Below, one piece after another: positions 9,567-17,939 of a stretch of 51,761 nucleotides of DNA. Position numbers and translations under genes: made by a program. Source of the stretch: Porticoccaceae bacterium (GTDB lineage Bacteria; Pseudomonadota; Gammaproteobacteria; Pseudomonadales; GM7GCV1); NCBI GenBank assembly GCA_038145405.1, contig JAYQPQ010000004.1, positions 1 to 51,761 on the forward strand, written 5' to 3'. The stretch's first letter is position 1, and each line of letters begins with the position of its first letter. The notes below the pieces were generated by a model. The model searched no databases and was not told where the DNA came from. It saw only the letters and a list, made by a program, of their open reading frames with translations.

Positions 9567-10138
9567 ATGGGCATTCTGATACTCGCCGCCGGAAGCTCGC
9601 GCCGCTTTGGTTCGGACAAGCGTATTGCCGCCTTTTGCCCAATGGCGAGGAAATCCTGCACCAGACACTGCAGCACGCCACCGCGGCAGACTTTCCGGTG
9701 CTCACCTTGCTCGGTCCCGGCGATCTGACACTGGCGACCCGTCTGGCAAAGGACTTTCCTCGCACGGAATTCCTGCGCTGCCCCGAGTCGCCGCTCGGCA
9801 TCGGCCACAGCATTGCCTTTGGCATGGATCACATGAGAGATCTGGGTTGGCGCGTCTGTCTTCTGACGCACGGCGATATGCCCTGGGTGAGCAGTCGTAC
9901 CTATAACGCCATTGGCAAGCGCATTACCCCGGACAAAATCGTGGTGCCCCGCTATCAGGAGCGGGTAGGCCGACCTTTGGGCTATGGCCGGCATTACTTC
10001 GCCGAGCTGGCCGAACTACGTGGCGACAGCGACGACAGTTCCGTCTGGCGTCATCATCCGGACCGGGTCGAATATCTGGAACTTGATGATCGCAGCATCC
10101 TGCAGGATATCGACCTGCCGGAAGACCTGCTGCGCTAG
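9567..10138 (+). pseudogene. MocA/MobA-like nucleotidyltransferase with a frameshift near 9627-9635
   Basis: The frame from ATG 9567 gives MGILILAAGSSRRFGSDKRIA (LAAG signature); the rest (LPNGE...GDMPW...DID) is in the frame of ORF 9635-10138. Confidence 0.8.
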
Positions 10139-10956
10139 GGCGCAAACAACTCCCACACCGGCCTCAGATTCGCAGGAAGGCTCTGCTCAACCCCGGGCCG
10201 GGCAACGCCGCGCCCGGCGCCGTGAAAGTCCGATCCCATGGACGCGTGTAAATTGAACTCGCGGCAGAGCGCGGCCAGATCCCGCGTGGCTTGCAGTGTC
10301 TGAGGACCGCAAATGACTTCCATCGCCTGCCCGCCCGCCGCAGCAAAGTCTGCCAGCAGCTCTCTGAGCCGCGAGCGCGTTAGTCGATACTTGAGTGGAT
10401 GAGCCAGAACTACAACACCGCCGGCCCGCTGAGTCACCTTGGCAACTTCGTCCAAATCCGGCCAGACCTGATGCACATCGCCGGCCTTGCCCTGACCCAA
10501 GTGTTTTTGGAAAGCCTTCTGCTCAGAACTGACCTGCCCGGTCTTCACCAGGTAGGCCGCCAGCTGCGGCCTACCCAGCATGGCGCCCTGGTGACGTGCC
10601 AGGAAATCATCGAGATCGACCTGCAAACCAGACCGTTCGAGGCGTTTGACGATGCGCCCCAATCGCGCACGTCGCGCCGCTTCCTGCCGACGCACCAATT
10701 GCCGGATGGAATCGGCCTCAGCGTTAATGCCCAAACCCAGAACGTGAATGGTGATATGGCGCCACTGGGTAGAAATCTCGATACCCTCAACCAATCGCAG
10801 CGAGTCAGGTACTTCCAGCGCACGATAGGCATCTACCCGATCGTGATCGGTAATGGAGAGGAGCGTCACGCCGGCTTGTCTGGCTTGCTCCACCAACTCG
10901 ACCGGTGTCAGGCTGCCGTCCGAGCAACGGCTGTGAGTGTGCAGGTCAACTTTCAC
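10135..10956 (-). CDS. PHP-domain phosphoesterase (TrpH/YciV family)
   Basis: DLHTHSRCSDG, SITDHD, GIEIS, LAHP and GSDFHG motifs. Confidence 0.92.
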   Translation of the reverse strand: MKVDLHTHSRCSDGSLTPVELVEQARQAGVTLLSITDHDRVDAYRALEVPDSLRLVEGIEISTQWRHITIHVLGLGINAEADSIRQLVRRQEAARRARLGRIVKRLERSGLQVDLDDFLARHQGAMLGRPQLAAYLVKTGQVSSEQKAFQKHLGQGKAGDVHQVWPDLDEVAKVTQRAGGVVVLAHPLKYRLTRSRLRELLADFAAAGGQAMEVICGPQTLQATRDLAALCREFNLHASMGSDFHGAGRGVARPGVEQSLPANLRPVWELFAP

Positions 10957-10970
10957 GCTGGAAGCAAAGG

Positions 10971-12140
10971 TCAGGCAACGCGCTGCAGGATATGGCTGAC
11001 CACGGTGGCACCGGTGCCGCCGATATTTTGCACCAGTGCTGTTTCTGCATTGGGTACCTGATTCTCGCCCGCGCGCCCGGCCAGCTGCTGCCAGGTCTCC
11101 ACCAGCTGATAGACACCCGTAGCGCCCACCGGGTGACCACGGGATTTCAGGCCACCCATGGTGGAAATCGGCAAGCGCCCATTGCGGCGAATCTCGCCAT
11201 CTTTGCCGAAGTGCACGCCGCGTCCGCGCTCGGCGAAGCCGGCTGCTTCCAAACTCAGCGAAGTGATAATGGTGTAGGCATCATGCAGCTCGAAAATATC
11301 GATATCCTCGTGGCTGACGCCCGCCTGCTGCATGGCACGCTGGGTCGACAGTGCCGCGCCATTGAGGAACAGCTTGTCGGTGCGCGAATGCAGTGCCAGG
11401 GAATCGGTGCCGATGGCCGAGCCGCTGATGCGCACCAATGGACCTTGCGGATTGAGTTCGCGGGCGACCTCTTCAGCTGCCAGGATCACCGCTGCCGAAC
11501 CATCGCAGACTGGGGGTGCGTCGAACAGCTTCACCGGGTCAACCAGCATGCGCGAATTCAGGTAAGTCTCCATGTCGATCAGTTTGTGCAAAAAGGCATT
11601 GGGGTTGGTATAGCCGTTCTCGTGCGCGGTGATAGCAAAGTGACCGAAATCCTGGGCGGTGACGCCATAGGTTTGCATATAGAGCGCCATGAGCTTGGCG
11701 TTAAGGGAAATAAAAGACTCGCCATAGCAGCCTTCCAACTCCCAATCGGCGGCTGTGGCGAGCGCTGCTGTAGTGTCATCCTTAGGTGCATGGGTCATGC
11801 GTTCAATGCCCACGACCAGAGCCAGATCGTGGAAGCCGCCGGCTACACCCATGAAGCCCCAGCGGGCCGCCGAAGCCCCCGAAGAGCAGGCCGATTCCAC
11901 TGTTGCCGCTTCGATACCGCGCAGTTCGGCCGCATCGGCGACCAAGGCACCTAACTGCTGCTGCTTGGCCAGAATGCCGGACATCATATTGCCTGTAACC
12001 AGCATGGAAATACGATTACGGTCGACGCCGGCGTGGGCCACGGCCTGACTGATCGCCTCGGCGGCGAGGTAGCGCCCGCGCACCCCGCTGTCTTTACTGA
12101 TTTTGGTCTGTCCTACACCGACCAGATATACATCTCTCAT
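10971..12140 (-). CDS. SCP2/archaeal-type thiolase (acetyl-CoA acyltransferase family)
   Basis: ESACSSG (active Cys), FELHDAY and SRGHPVGATG motifs; start taken at MRDVYLVGVG. Confidence 0.9.
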   Translation of the reverse strand: MRDVYLVGVGQTKISKDSGVRGRYLAAEAISQAVAHAGVDRNRISMLVTGNMMSGILAKQQQLGALVADAAELRGIEAATVESACSSGASAARWGFMGVAGGFHDLALVVGIERMTHAPKDDTTAALATAADWELEGCYGESFISLNAKLMALYMQTYGVTAQDFGHFAITAHENGYTNPNAFLHKLIDMETYLNSRMLVDPVKLFDAPPVCDGSAAVILAAEEVARELNPQGPLVRISGSAIGTDSLALHSRTDKLFLNGAALSTQRAMQQAGVSHEDIDIFELHDAYTIITSLSLEAAGFAERGRGVHFGKDGEIRRNGRLPISTMGGLKSRGHPVGATGVYQLVETWQQLAGRAGENQVPNAETALVQNIGGTGATVVSHILQRVA

Positions 12141-12204
12141 GAAACGAGCTTTCCGTATAGCGGCGAGACAGTTTGGCGGCTTCAATTAACATCATGATGA
12201 CAGC

Positions 12205-12436
12205 GTCCGCTGATCGCCTGGGTGGCAATTGGTCAACCCCAGTGTATGGTAGGGCTCTAACACCAAGACTACTTCGATGTTCCGGTAGACCCCGGCGGAA
12301 ATCAAGTCCACCAAGGCCGCCCGGGTTGGTTGGATGGCGTTCCGCGCTGCGCAGGTTCACCGTACTCCCTTACCAGACCCCTGCGCCAAGCCCAGGGTCG
12401 CAAACAAGGCTGGGCCTAACGGGGATCCGCGCTACG
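12205..12436 (-). ncRNA. Putative structured leader RNA or ncRNA
   Basis: At least five adjacent inverted-repeat stems in a non-coding gap, starting at the predicted sigma54 +1. I do not recognise it as a known family. Confidence 0.45.
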
Positions 12437-12446
12437 AAAATAGAGA

Positions 12447-12462
12447 AGCAAGCCCTATGCCA
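12447..12462 (-). promoter_or_regulatory. Sigma54 (-24/-12) promoter
   Basis: TGGCATAGGGCTTGCT matches TGGCAY-N5-TTGCW with exact GG-N10-GC spacing, oriented toward the thiolase. Confidence 0.75.
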
Positions 12463-12568
12463 ATATTCACCCCCGGCGAAAAGAATTAAACTGCTTCGGG
12501 GAAATTCGCCGGACAGCGCTGGTCCGAGCTGGCTATACTAACCCCTCAACGCAGTAACTCCCGCATTC

Positions 12569-14008
12569 ATGAATACGCGCCGCACCAAAATCATCGCCAC
12601 GCTGGGCCCCGCAAGCTCCAGCGAACATGTCATTCGCCAGCTGATCGCCTCGGGAACCAATGTCTTTCGGCTTAATTTCTCACACGGAGCAGGCCGGGAG
12701 CAGGCCGAGCGCGTGGCCCTTATCCGACGCCTTGCCGACGAGATGGATCAGCAGGTCGCATTGCTTGGCGACCTGCAGGGCCCCAAGATTCGGACACGTT
12801 CCTTTGCCTCCGGCTCTGTCATGCTGGAGCCCGGACAAGACTTTACGCTCGATGCGGACCTTGCCGCCGAAGCCGGTGATCAGCATCAGGTGGGTGTCTC
12901 TTACCCCCAGCTGGCGCAGGACTGCCGGCCCGGCAACCGCTTGCTGCTGGACGACGGGCGCATTGAACTGCAGGTGGAATCAATTGAGGGCAACCGCATT
13001 TACACCAAGGTGGTTACCGGCGGACGTCTGTCCAACAAAAAGGGAATCAACATGGCGGGCGGTGGACTGTCCGCACCGGCACTGACCGAGAAGGATTATC
13101 AGGATATCGCCGCTGCCGCAGAGCTGGATCTGGATTACCTGGCTATCTCATTTCCCAAGTCTGCCGCAGATATGCAGCTCGCGCGCCAGGCTGCTGACAA
13201 GGCCGGCTTTCGCGGCCGCCTGGTGGCCAAGGTGGAGCGCAGTGAGAGCGTAGCCAACCCCGAGCACTTGGATGCCCTGATTCGCGCCTCTGATGCCGTC
13301 ATGGTGGCGCGCGGTGATCTGGGTGTGGAAATCGGCGACGCCCAGTTGGTCGGCGTGCAGAAGCGCCTTATTTTGCGCGCACGCCAGCTGGATCGGCTGG
13401 TGATCACGGCTACGCAGATGATGGAGTCCATGATCGAGAGCCCGCTGCCCACACGTGCCGAAGTGTTCGACGTGGCCAATGCGGTGCTGGACGGAACAGA
13501 TGCCGTCATGTTGTCTGCCGAAACAGCCATGGGCAAGCATCCGGAGAAAGTGGTCCAGGCAGTAGACCGCGTTATTCGGGGCGCCGAAAAAGAGCGTATG
13601 ACCCAGGTGTCCCAACATCGTCTGGATCGCCAGTTCGGACCCTCGGATGAAGTCATTGCCATGGCTGCCATGTACGCCGCCAATCACATGAAAGATATGT
13701 GTGCCATTCTCTGTTTTACGGAATCCGGTACCACACCCCTGCTGATGTCGCGCATTCGCTCCGGCATTCCCATCTTTGCCCTCTCACCCAACTCGCGAAC
13801 CCTGCGGAGGACTGCACTTTTCCGTGGCGTCACGCCGGTGCACTACCCGAATGAAAGCGATACAGTAGTGGGCACCATCCTTGGCGGCATCGCCTTGCTC
13901 AAGCAAAGGGGTGTACTGGAAAGTGGAGACAATATTCTGGTGACCATTGGCGACAGCATCGGCAAGAGCGGCGCCACCAACACCCTCAAAATTCTTCAGG
14001 TCGACTAG
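12569..14008 (+). CDS. pykA: Pyruvate kinase II
   Basis: RRTKIIATLGPAS, RLNFSHG, DLQGPKIR, VMVARGDLGVE, TATQMMESM; TATACT -10 candidate at 12534-12539. Confidence 0.96.
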   Translation: MNTRRTKIIATLGPASSSEHVIRQLIASGTNVFRLNFSHGAGREQAERVALIRRLADEMDQQVALLGDLQGPKIRTRSFASGSVMLEPGQDFTLDADLAAEAGDQHQVGVSYPQLAQDCRPGNRLLLDDGRIELQVESIEGNRIYTKVVTGGRLSNKKGINMAGGGLSAPALTEKDYQDIAAAAELDLDYLAISFPKSAADMQLARQAADKAGFRGRLVAKVERSESVANPEHLDALIRASDAVMVARGDLGVEIGDAQLVGVQKRLILRARQLDRLVITATQMMESMIESPLPTRAEVFDVANAVLDGTDAVMLSAETAMGKHPEKVVQAVDRVIRGAEKERMTQVSQHRLDRQFGPSDEVIAMAAMYAANHMKDMCAILCFTESGTTPLLMSRIRSGIPIFALSPNSRTLRRTALFRGVTPVHYPNESDTVVGTILGGIALLKQRGVLESGDNILVTIGDSIGKSGATNTLKILQVD

Positions 14009-14013
14009 GGCGC

Positions 14014-14853
14014 TTAGTAGCGTCTGGCGATGGCATCCAGCCAGCGCGCAGGCAGCAAGCGCTTTAGCAGCGCAAACAACCGGGTAGGGAATGTGACGCG
14101 ATAGCGCGCCTTGGGGTGGTTTGATTCCAGCGCCCTGATCAGGGCCGCCGTCACCGCCTCAGGACCCAGAGTAAAGGGTACGATCGGACCCTCCTGCTCC
14201 AGTCGCTGCATCAGGGTGCTATAGGCCGGCGCAAAGCGACTCTCAGACCAGCGGATGTGCTGGCGGAAGGCGCTCAGGGCATTCTCCCGGAAGCGGCTGG
14301 CGATAGGACCCGGCTCGATCAAAACGGCCTTCACTGAGGTGCCAGCCAGCTCCAGTCGCAACGTGTCTGTCAGGCCCTCCAGAGCGAACTTGCTGGCGTT
14401 GTACGCGCCCCGAAAACGCATCGCCACCACGCCAAGAACAGAACTGTTCTGCACTATGCGCGCGGAAGGCTGCTGCAAAAATCCGGGCATCAGCAGCCCA
14501 ATCAGCTCGACCCAACCGAAAAGATTAGTCTCAAACTGGCAGCGCAGCGCCTCGCGGCTGAGATCCTCTACTGCCCCAGGCTGGCCGTAACCAGCATTAT
14601 TAAAAAGGGCGGCCAGTCGACCGTCAGATAGCGCCAATGCCTGTGCTACGGCCCGGCGTATGGAGTCGGAGTCGGCCAAATCCAACTGGATGACGTGCTG
14701 CAGTCCTGCGCGGCGCAAATCCTCGACGTCCGATTCACGCCGAGCACTGGCTATCACCAGATAGCCTCTTTGTTGCAGAGCCAAGGCAGCGTGTCGACCA
14801 ATGCCGGAGGAACATCCGGTCACCAGAATCCAGCTGCCCGGTCCCAGGCTCAC
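14014..14853 (-). CDS. Short-chain dehydrogenase/reductase (YbbO-like)
   Basis: TGCSSGIG, NNAGYG, YNASK; start overlaps the nuclease stop (GTGA). Confidence 0.92.
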   Translation of the reverse strand: MSLGPGSWILVTGCSSGIGRHAALALQQRGYLVIASARRESDVEDLRRAGLQHVIQLDLADSDSIRRAVAQALALSDGRLAALFNNAGYGQPGAVEDLSREALRCQFETNLFGWVELIGLLMPGFLQQPSARIVQNSSVLGVVAMRFRGAYNASKFALEGLTDTLRLELAGTSVKAVLIEPGPIASRFRENALSAFRQHIRWSESRFAPAYSTLMQRLEQEGPIVPFTLGPEAVTAALIRALESNHPKARYRVTFPTRLFALLKRLLPARWLDAIARRY

Positions 14854-15761
14854 AATGTACTGAGCAAAAGAGCCAGGCGCATGGCGGCCAGGCGCAGTTG
14901 TTCCGCCGATATGGCGCGGCCTTCCCGAATATAGGAGGGATCGGGTAGCCGATCGACCGAGGTGGCATAGACAAACTGGCCAAAGCGATAGCTCTCATCG
15001 CTCCAGGCAGCGAAGTCGAGAACCGGCTCCCGCTCCGGCTGCGCCTTTGCCGCGCCGATGCGACGAGCCATCTCCTCCACCAACTCCAGGTCCTCCGCGA
15101 ACCCCAGCGCACTATCCCAAGTCTGGTGCAGCGTTGTTTCGCAGCGCTGAGTGGGCTGGCGGCGCACAGCGCAAAAACCATTGCCGCCGGCGTCGTGCTG
15201 ACAGCTGGCATCGGCCTGAGTCAGGTTGTGCAAGGGCTGATGTGCGTCGGCCGTCAGATGCACAATAAAGGCCAGCAGCAACGCCCGCTCCTTATCGGTG
15301 GTGGCGCCGCTGTAGGCCTGCAATAAAAGCGGAAATACGCTGACCAAGTTCACCGGGCCTGCCAGTTCACACTGGGCTACGGCCGGATCGCCGTCCAGGG
15401 CGCGATTGATGAAGTGCCACCCTGCCGTATCCTGAAGGCGCAAGTCCGCCAGGGCCGGAGGCAGTTCGGCGCCGTAGTGCAGAAAGAGCTCGTCCAGCGT
15501 CATGCTTCGATCCATGTCGGGCATGACGGCAATTTGGGCCAGCCAGGACGTTCCCGGGTACCGGCGCATGAGCGTCAGACGTCGCTGCTGATCGAATTCC
15601 ACCACCAGGTCATAAGCGATGTCATTGATGGCCTGAGCCTGACGATCGCTGAGTTGATCCAGCGCCAGCTCGACGACTGCCATATGCAGGGGGGTATTCC
15701 AGGCCTGGGTCGGGCCGGTCCCAAGGAAGAAAAGAAGTATTGCTGCCAGTGTCTGCTTCAT
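14850..15761 (-). CDS. Secreted S1/P1-family zinc nuclease
   Basis: Signal peptide ending TQA, mature N-terminus W-x4-H, and WHFIN, HLTADAHQPLH, DAGGN, LHQTWD Zn-ligand motifs. Confidence 0.9.
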   Translation of the reverse strand: MKQTLAAILLFFLGTGPTQAWNTPLHMAVVELALDQLSDRQAQAINDIAYDLVVEFDQQRRLTLMRRYPGTSWLAQIAVMPDMDRSMTLDELFLHYGAELPPALADLRLQDTAGWHFINRALDGDPAVAQCELAGPVNLVSVFPLLLQAYSGATTDKERALLLAFIVHLTADAHQPLHNLTQADASCQHDAGGNGFCAVRRQPTQRCETTLHQTWDSALGFAEDLELVEEMARRIGAAKAQPEREPVLDFAAWSDESYRFGQFVYATSVDRLPDPSYIREGRAISAEQLRLAAMRLALLLSTL

Positions 15762-15786
15762 ATCGCTATTGGAGTTAACTGGAGTT

Positions 15787-15811
15787 AAAAAAAAACCCGC
15801 TTGTGCGGGTT
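15787..15811 (-). terminator. Intrinsic terminator
   Basis: AACCCGC-ACAA-GCGGGTT running into a T9 tract on the minus strand. Confidence 0.85.
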
Positions 15812-15917
15812 CCGATTTTCGGGGTTGTCCCCTTATAAATTTTTCTTTTTATCCCCCCTCAGTTGTTCAACCCTAGGGATTCTGTTGGTTCCCGCATTAA
15901 CTGCCGGTAACACAGTG
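15787..15917 (-). ncRNA. Candidate ~130-nt sRNA or attenuated leader
   Basis: Bounded by a predicted sigma70 promoter and an intrinsic terminator; A-rich single-stranded tract and small hairpins; no convincing ORF. Confidence 0.45.
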
Positions 15918-15923
15918 GAACCG

Positions 15924-15964
15924 ATTAAATAGGATTTTGCCGCTCATGGCAACACCCTAGGGTG
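15924..15964 (-). promoter_or_regulatory. Sigma70-type promoter with an adjacent 12-bp palindrome
   Basis: TTGCCA (15952-15947), N17, TTTAAT (15929-15924); the perfect palindrome CACCCTAGGGTG (15953-15964) abuts the -35. Confidence 0.6.
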
Positions 15965-15975
15965 CTAGTGCCGCA

Positions 15976-17496
15976 TTAAATCTTGGGCGCGTACTCCTGG
16001 CGGACAGCAGGTACCGGATAAAAATCCTGCACCGGACGCAAGCGGCCGTCGCCGTCCACCACGTGGATGTGCTCGCGGCTCAGATGACGAGGATCCGCTA
16101 CGCCGCAGGAATGGGCGATAACACCGACTTCGCGCACAATGGCACTGGCGTAGTTGGCCACGCGCACAGACTTTTCCGTAGGATCCAGCCCCTTTTGCAG
16201 CTCTGGGTCATGGGTTGTAACCCCGGTCGGGCAGGTGTTGCGATTGCAGCGCAGAGCCTGGATGCAGCCCAGCGCAAACATAAAACCGCGCGCCGATACG
16301 ACGAAGTCGGCACCCATGGACAACGCCCATGCCACAGCACTCGGATTAATCATCTTGCCCGAGGCGATGACGCGGATGCGTTCGCGCAGACCAAACTCCA
16401 CCAGTCGGTTGACGAGAATCGGCAGGCTGTCGCGCAGGGTCAACCCGACGTTGTCCATCAGCGCCTGAGGTGCCGCTCCCGTGCCGCCATCACCCGAATC
16501 CAGCGTGATGAAATCCGGCGCACTGGCCAGACCACGCTCGTGGATGAGACTGAATAACTCATTGAGCCACTCGCTGCGACCCAGCACAAACTTGATGCCC
16601 GTCGGCTTGCCCGTCACACGGCGTACGCGCTCGACCAGATCGAGCATGTCGCCGACACTGCGGATTTCCGGATGACCGTTCGGACTGATCGAATCCTGGC
16701 CCACCGGGATACCGCGCGTCGAGGCAATAACCTCGGTCACCTTGACCCCAGGCAAGATGCCGCCCTTGCCCGGCTTGGCGCCCTGACTCAATTTAATTTC
16801 AAACATGCGTACGGTGTCGTGCGCTGCTACCTGAGCCAGGCGCGCTTCGTCCAGCTCGCCGCGTTCGTTGCGCACTCCGTACTTGGCCGTGCCGATTTGA
16901 AACACCAGATCGCACCCGCCTTCAAGATGAAAGCTCGACAGCCCGCCTTCACCGGTGTTCAGCCAGACGCCCGCGCGCTTGGCACCGCGCGACAGTGCCC
17001 GCACCGCGGGCTCGGAAATAGCACCGAAGCTCATACCGGAAATATTGAAAAAGGACTGTGCAAGGTAGGGCTTGGCCACGAAGCCCTCGCCGATGCATAT
17101 CGGCGGCGCTTCGACGCTATCTTGTTCCACCACGGGCAAGTGGTGATTCAGAAAAAGAAACTCGCCAGTCTGATTCATCAGCTTGGTGGAACCAAAAGCC
17201 AAGGTGGAATCGACATTCTTGGCCGCACGGTAAACCCAGCTGCGCTGCACGCGGTTAAAGGGCATCTCCTCGCGATCCTGGGCGAAGAAATACTGGCGGA
17301 AAAATTCACCCAGATGCTCAAACTGATAACGCAACCTGCCCAGCAGGGGATAGTTACGCCGGATCGTGCTTTGCTTCTGGTTTCTGTCTTGCATATAGAG
17401 ATAGCTCAGCCACAGGGCCAGGGCGAGCAGCGCTAGCATGAAGAGCAAGGCCATAACGGCCAGAAATTTCAGTGCAAACTGGTCGAGGAAGCTCAT
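15976..17496 (-). CDS. FMN-binding glutamate synthase family protein with N-terminal membrane anchor
   Basis: ISGMSFGAIS, NTGEGG, FEIKLSQGAKPGKGG, GGTGAAP and the C-x5-C-x4-C cluster motif CIQALRCNRNTCPTGV. Confidence 0.92.
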   Translation of the reverse strand: MSFLDQFALKFLAVMALLFMLALLALALWLSYLYMQDRNQKQSTIRRNYPLLGRLRYQFEHLGEFFRQYFFAQDREEMPFNRVQRSWVYRAAKNVDSTLAFGSTKLMNQTGEFLFLNHHLPVVEQDSVEAPPICIGEGFVAKPYLAQSFFNISGMSFGAISEPAVRALSRGAKRAGVWLNTGEGGLSSFHLEGGCDLVFQIGTAKYGVRNERGELDEARLAQVAAHDTVRMFEIKLSQGAKPGKGGILPGVKVTEVIASTRGIPVGQDSISPNGHPEIRSVGDMLDLVERVRRVTGKPTGIKFVLGRSEWLNELFSLIHERGLASAPDFITLDSGDGGTGAAPQALMDNVGLTLRDSLPILVNRLVEFGLRERIRVIASGKMINPSAVAWALSMGADFVVSARGFMFALGCIQALRCNRNTCPTGVTTHDPELQKGLDPTEKSVRVANYASAIVREVGVIAHSCGVADPRHLSREHIHVVDGDGRLRPVQDFYPVPAVRQEYAPKI

Positions 17497-17786
17497 GCAG
17501 AATTCTCCGTTGCGGGGTCTGGGCAGACAGGCAGGCACCCTTCAATCAATGCAAGCTTTTCGGCCCGACTCAGGCTTTTTATCTGATACTCGCGCCGCAG
17601 CGCGTTCGATCGGGTCAGTCCCGGCTCGCGGTGCACGATGGCACGCGGCGTGCGACCGGCAAAAAAACGCGCCCCTCGCGCACCCTGACGGTGCTCCAGC
17701 AGGCGTCGCTCAGGATCGGTGGATATGCCCGTGTAGAGCAGGCCATCTTCAGTCTCGATGATATAGACGGTCCAGCTGCTTTGCAT
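17493..17786 (-). CDS. GIY-YIG nuclease family protein (YhbQ/UPF0213-like)
   Basis: WTVYII...LYTGISTDPERRLLEH...ALRREYQIK; ATGA overlap with the downstream gene. Confidence 0.9.
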   Translation of the reverse strand: MQSSWTVYIIETEDGLLYTGISTDPERRLLEHRQGARGARFFAGRTPRAIVHREPGLTRSNALRREYQIKSLSRAEKLALIEGCLPVCPDPATENSA

Positions 17787-17939
17787 TCGCGGTCTTTTCC
17801 AAGTACAAGCGATGTTCTGGTGTAGGGCAGAAAAATTCAAGCCTGTCAGTCTCCCAGCTTACCATCCGTCAACAAAGCTGGGATTGACGCGAGCAGGCAC
17901 TAGACTGGCCTTCTGATTTCTAGTTCGAGAACCTTATTT

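Noticed and set aside
12355-12375. AAGGGAGTACGGTGAA resembling the start of a cobalamin riboswitch
   Set aside because: The expected pairing partner and downstream B12-box are missing.
12094-12541. ORFs 12094-12360 (-) and 12173-12541 (+) as a DUF35 partner or leader peptide
   Set aside because: No CxxC Zn-ribbon or OB-fold pattern, and the R/P/S-rich composition is typical of non-coding frames.
15295-15320. SGAT in the S1/P1 nuclease as an ApbE flavinylation site
   Set aside because: It lacks the upstream Asp of the DxxSGAT motif and lies within a nuclease fold; probably a chance match.
14850-17786. S1/P1 nuclease plus GIY-YIG nuclease as an anti-phage defence island
   Set aside because: The GIY-YIG is the small, widespread YhbQ type, the neighbours are metabolic genes, and no defence or mobility genes are nearby.
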